A stretch of 10,149 nt of DNA, taken from the IMG/VR virus record IMGVR_UViG_3300009149_007517. One strand, written 5' to 3'. A model generated the notes under the pieces. It searched no databases and was not told where the DNA came from. It worked only from the letters and a program-made list of their open reading frames with translations. Shown here one piece after another: positions 7,514 to 10,149 of the stretch (position 1 is the first letter of the stretch; every line of letters starts with the position of its first letter). The position numbers and the translations under genes are program-made. The DNA is from a virus.

Positions 7514-8074
7514 ATGGAATATGAAATTGGTGATGAAGCATTAGGTGGTATAATTGGTTATATATTTAAACGTGGAGAAAAAGGATATAATATAAATGAA
7601 CAACATGGTTTTGTTGTTGCAAAAGAAGATCAAGGAATTGCTATTTGGGGGGATAAAATTGATGTTCCTACTAGTTATAGAATGGGTAAAGGGTATGATA
7701 ACACACAAAGTATAATAGCACATTGTACTGGATTAACAACAGCAGCAAATTTATGTGTAAATTATTCTGGTGGTGGATACACTGATTGGTTTTTGCCTAG
7801 TAAATTAGAAGCATTTGAATTTGTTATATTACATTGGGAAGGTTTTTGTAATTTTAATACAGGTAAAACTGAAGATGATTTAATAGGAAAATATTACACT
7901 TCTAGTCAAGTTGGTAAAGATTTTGGTATATCTTATAATGATTATCATTCTGCATTTTCTCAATATATAAATTATGATCCTGAATCTTGGAATTATGGAC
8001 AACCTACATGGCAAAATTTTGGTGGATTAGAAAAAGATACTCCGTTAAATGTTAGAGCAATAAGATATTTCTAA
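7514..8074 (+). CDS. DUF1566 / Lcl C-terminal-domain-like protein ('Fibrobacter succinogenes major paralogous domain' family), 186 aa
   Basis: Matches the family pattern as I recall it: GGIIGYIF...HGFVVAKEDQG...W........G.GYDNTQSIIAHC....AANLCVNYSGGGYTDWFLPSKLEAFEFV. This fits the consensus GG.v....hGL.aa..dq..W....G..NT..I...c..aA..C...GgysDWRLPt..EL. Last gene of the plus-strand cassette. Confidence 0.65.
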   Translation: MEYEIGDEALGGIIGYIFKRGEKGYNINEQHGFVVAKEDQGIAIWGDKIDVPTSYRMGKGYDNTQSIIAHCTGLTTAANLCVNYSGGGYTDWFLPSKLEAFEFVILHWEGFCNFNTGKTEDDLIGKYYTSSQVGKDFGISYNDYHSAFSQYINYDPESWNYGQPTWQNFGGLEKDTPLNVRAIRYF

Positions 8075-8102
8075 AAAGGGAAAAATTAATTTTTCCCTTT
8101 TT
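8073..8102. terminator. perfect 30-bp palindrome aaaaagggaaaaatt|aatttttccctttttt, bidirectional intrinsic-terminator-like hairpin
   Basis: Positions 8073-8087 are the exact reverse complement of 8088-8102. A GGG/CCC core in the stem has T-tracts on both sides. It lies exactly between the convergent DUF1566 gene (stop 8072-8074) and the vWA gene (stop near 8110). Confidence 0.6.
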
Positions 8103-8109
8103 TATAATA

Positions 8110-8754
8110 TTATTTTTGAAATAAATTATCAGTTACATCATTATCAGAATAATAAGAAGTTGCTTTAGAAATATTTGAATATGCAACAGATATACCGTCC
8201 CCTGTTGCATCATAATCAAATGAATTATTTCCACTCATGCCCATTGATTCAGCTTGAAAACATGAATCTTGATTTGCACCAAGATAGACAAATTCTGATT
8301 TATAATTTTCTCTCATATCTATTACCATAGCTTTAATTAAATTTTTATGATATACAGAAGATGAGTTCTCAAAACCGTCAGTTAAGATAACAAATAATGT
8401 TTTATCTGCTCTTTTTTCTTTTGGTGTATTACCTAATTTATCAATATGATCATCAATTGAAATTCCAATTGCATCATATAGTGCTGTACCACCACCTGCA
8501 TAGTAAGTATCTTCATTTACTTTCTTTACTTTTTTAATATCTACATTTTTATATGGTATATAAAAACTAGTATCAAAAAACATCAAAGTAAAATCTATTT
8601 TATTATTACTTTGTTTTTGTTCTTTCAAGAATTTATTAAATCCTTTTCTGGCATCTTTAATAATAGAAGACATTGAGCCAGACATATCTAATATACAAAT
8701 TATATTTATCTTTTTCATTTTAATTCTATTATTTTTATTGGATTTTTTCACCAC
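8110..8754 (-). CDS. von Willebrand factor type A (vWA) domain protein, TerY-like stand-alone vWA, 214 aa (possibly 202 aa from Met13)
   Basis: MIDAS motif ICILDMSGSM (DxSxS). GGTALYDAI and VILTDGFEN are typical of the vWA Rossmann-like fold. The size and lack of other domains resemble TerY-type vWA proteins. Met13 (MKKINIICILD...) would give a cleaner vWA N-terminus and remove the 20-nt overlap with the upstream gene. Confidence 0.8.
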   Translation of the reverse strand: MVKKSNKNNRIKMKKINIICILDMSGSMSSIIKDARKGFNKFLKEQKQSNNKIDFTLMFFDTSFYIPYKNVDIKKVKKVNEDTYYAGGGTALYDAIGISIDDHIDKLGNTPKEKRADKTLFVILTDGFENSSSVYHKNLIKAMVIDMRENYKSEFVYLGANQDSCFQAESMGMSGNNSFDYDATGDGISVAYSNISKATSYYSDNDVTDNLFQK

Positions 8755-9727
8755 ATTTTGGGCAAAATTTCCATGAATTTTTTCTCAAACGATAACCACA
8801 TTCGCTACAATATTGTCTGATTTCTGTTACTCCACGATTTTTTGCAGAATGTGGCATAATTTGATATTCTACAGTATAGAAAGCGTTTGGTTGAAATTGA
8901 ACATTAACACTTTTTAAACTTTGATTAGATATATCACCTCTTTCAACTCTACCTGTTTCTACTTTTGAATAATCAACTTCTGATGTGAAAATACCAGGGG
9001 ATTTAAAAGTACTATCAAAACTTGATATGTTTGTTATATCACCTAAAGATTGTGTCATAAATACACTACTTGTTGTATTTTCATTAGAAAACGTATCTAA
9101 TGTAGCTTGATATGGAATATTAACATTAGTTGTGGTAGAAATATTCACACCTCTTGTTGTTCCAGCTTGCCCAGGAACACCTAAATTACCAGTTGACCCT
9201 TGTGGTCCACTATTTCCTTTTACACCAGCATTATACGTTCTACTATTAGAATTGTAATTTGATGTGTTACTAAAAGATATATTATTGTTCCAATCATCAT
9301 ATCTTTTTGGTTTAGGTGGAAAATCATAATTAACATCAATTTCTTTATGATAATTATTATACCAATTTGATTCTTTGAAAAAATTAAAACTAATTTTTCC
9401 ATTTTTTGCAATGGCTTCTCTTGCTTCTTTACTATCCCCATTGATAGAATAAGTTTCAAATACCATTTTTCTTTGTTCGTCTAAGAAACGATCCAAATTT
9501 AAATCTTGTCCAGGATTTAGGATTAAATATCCGTCACCTTTTTTTTCTCCGTTAAAACATACCTCTACCCCTAATTTTTCTTGTAAAGGGTTGAAAAATC
9601 TTAACTCAAAGTTATCACCATTGTTCAAATAAACAATGTTATCCTGATAAACTTTTAACTCATTACGATTCGATGTAATTTGAACAGACGGATTTCTGTC
9701 CAACATTTTGTTGTGTGTCATATACAT
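8735..9727 (-). CDS. protein with short collagen-like Gly-X-Y run and C-terminal zinc ribbon, 330 aa
   Basis: GVKGNSGPQGSTGNLGVPGQAGTTRG (8 consecutive G-X-Y triplets, nt about 9149-9226). C-terminal CSECGYRLRKNSWKFCPKCGEKI (CxxC-x11-CxxC). The middle is N/S/T-rich low complexity. Its 3' end overlaps the annotated vWA start by 20 nt. Confidence 0.6.
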   Translation of the reverse strand: MYMTHNKMLDRNPSVQITSNRNELKVYQDNIVYLNNGDNFELRFFNPLQEKLGVEVCFNGEKKGDGYLILNPGQDLNLDRFLDEQRKMVFETYSINGDSKEAREAIAKNGKISFNFFKESNWYNNYHKEIDVNYDFPPKPKRYDDWNNNISFSNTSNYNSNSRTYNAGVKGNSGPQGSTGNLGVPGQAGTTRGVNISTTTNVNIPYQATLDTFSNENTTSSVFMTQSLGDITNISSFDSTFKSPGIFTSEVDYSKVETGRVERGDISNQSLKSVNVQFQPNAFYTVEYQIMPHSAKNRGVTEIRQYCSECGYRLRKNSWKFCPKCGEKIQ

Positions 9728-9926
9728 TTTTTATTTTTTGTTTTTGACTTGCTAACTTATTTATTGCTTATTAAAACAATTCCAAAGCCTAATGACTCTA
9801 AACTAACAAAATCCAAAAATGTGTCCGTACAGAATACAAACTAATATTATATAGTAAAAAATGTTGCTCTTGTTAGTTATTTTTAAAATATTTTTTGTAT
9901 TTTTGTATATTATACCTATTAATATT
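9728..9926. promoter_or_regulatory. 199-bp divergent intergenic region (promoters for 9727(-) and 9927(+))
   Basis: Plus strand has TATTTTTG (TAnnTTTG) about 21 nt upstream of the 9927 ATG, the same spacing as the motif before the 1808 gene. Plus strand also has TTGACT ... TTATTAAA (weak sigma70-like), and a patch less AT-rich than typical intergenic sequence. Confidence 0.3.
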
Positions 9927-10058
9927 ATGAAAAAAGAATTAAAAAATATCACTGAAGAAGAAATTAAAATTATTTGTGAACTTTATGGTGAACCATATAT
10001 AGACTTTATGGCTGGCAAATGGGAAGATTCTAATTATGGGTTAGTAATAGTTAAATAA
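9927..10058 (+). CDS. hypothetical 43-aa protein (MKKELKNITEEEIKIICELYGEPYIDFMAGKWEDSNYGLVIVK)
   Basis: The track ORF 9861-10058 begins with a hydrophobic low-complexity leader. The internal Met at 9927 follows the TAnnTTTG-like motif and gives a compact acidic peptide. An imperfect hairpin plus T-run follows. Weak. Confidence 0.3.
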   Translation: MKKELKNITEEEIKIICELYGEPYIDFMAGKWEDSNYGLVIVK

Positions 10059-10110
10059 AATCACATCAAATACTATCAAGTGGTAATATTTGATATGATT
10101 TTACGTTTTT
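10058..10110. terminator. imperfect inverted repeat (aaatcacatcaaata ... tatttgatatgattt, 14/15 pairs) followed by a T-run
   Basis: Arms 10058-10072 and 10087-10101, with a 14-nt loop. The 3' side is followed by ttacgttttttc. Located right after the 10056-10058 TAA stop. Confidence 0.4.
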
Positions 10111-10149
10111 TCTTCATTCTCTGTGGGTCTAATGACTTACACTCCAGAA

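Noticed and set aside
9789-10139. Repeated 9-mer ctaatgact at about 9789 and about 10131, considered as a possible repeat or att-like site.
   Set aside because: In a 10-kb window hundreds of 9-mers recur by chance. There is no extended flanking similarity.
10120-10149. Less AT-rich tail (ctctgtgggtctaatgacttacactccagaa) considered as the 5' end of a tRNA or small RNA.
   Set aside because: No D-arm consensus (TAGCTCAG-like) and no acceptor-stem pairing is visible in the available bases. The window ends before anything could be confirmed.
1-10149. Ciliate or Dictyostelium origin for the MVP gene (AT-rich eukaryotes that have vaults).
   Set aside because: ORFs are intact under the standard code with TAA/TGA stops, so it is not ciliate nuclear code. 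There are no introns or poly-N/Q tracts. A bacterial-type gmhA and overlapping ATGA/TAATG gene junctions are not features of Dictyostelium chromosomes.
1-10149. Mimivirus-type early promoter octamer AAAATTGA.
   Set aside because: I scanned both strands by eye. The only occurrence (about 7654-7661) is inside the DUF1566 coding region. There is none in any intergenic region, so I make no Mimivirus-promoter claim.
1-10149. CRISPR arrays, rRNA or tRNA genes, transposase or integrase genes.
   Set aside because: I saw no regularly spaced direct repeats, no GC-rich structured-RNA-like segments, and no ORF with DDE, tyrosine or serine recombinase motifs.

Overview
The window is very AT-rich (roughly a quarter G+C by eye), densely coding on both strands and intron-free. 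Many co-directional gene junctions are 1-4 nt start/stop overlaps or gaps of 2-8 nt. I see no Shine-Dalgarno-like purine runs before any start codon. Convergent gene pairs end in perfect AT-rich palindromes with a few G:C pairs and flanking T-tracts. That style fits an AT-rich prokaryote or phage without SD sequences (Bacteroidota-like), or a giant nucleocytoplasmic virus. I cannot decide between them from sequence alone. Recognisable genes: (1) a GmhA-type SIS-domain sedoheptulose-7-phosphate isomerase (21-608, -). (2) A full-length homolog of the eukaryotic major vault protein (MVP; 2042-4459, -, 805 aa) with N-terminal vault repeats, an SPFH-like shoulder, a cap-helix coiled coil and cap-ring. 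This is the standout feature. (3) A TerY-like stand-alone von Willebrand A protein (8110-8754, -), overlapped at its 5' end by a 330-aa protein with a short collagen-like Gly-X-Y run and a C-terminal zinc ribbon. (4) A DUF1566 / Lcl-C-terminal-like protein (7514-8074, +) closing a tightly packed four-gene plus-strand cassette of otherwise unrecognisable proteins. (5) Two divergent small CxxC...CxxC zinc-ribbon proteins. The other ORFs are hypothetical, acidic or membrane-anchored proteins. I found no rRNA, tRNA, CRISPR array or recognisable transposase. The antisense ORFs in the track look like low-complexity artefacts of AT-rich sequence.
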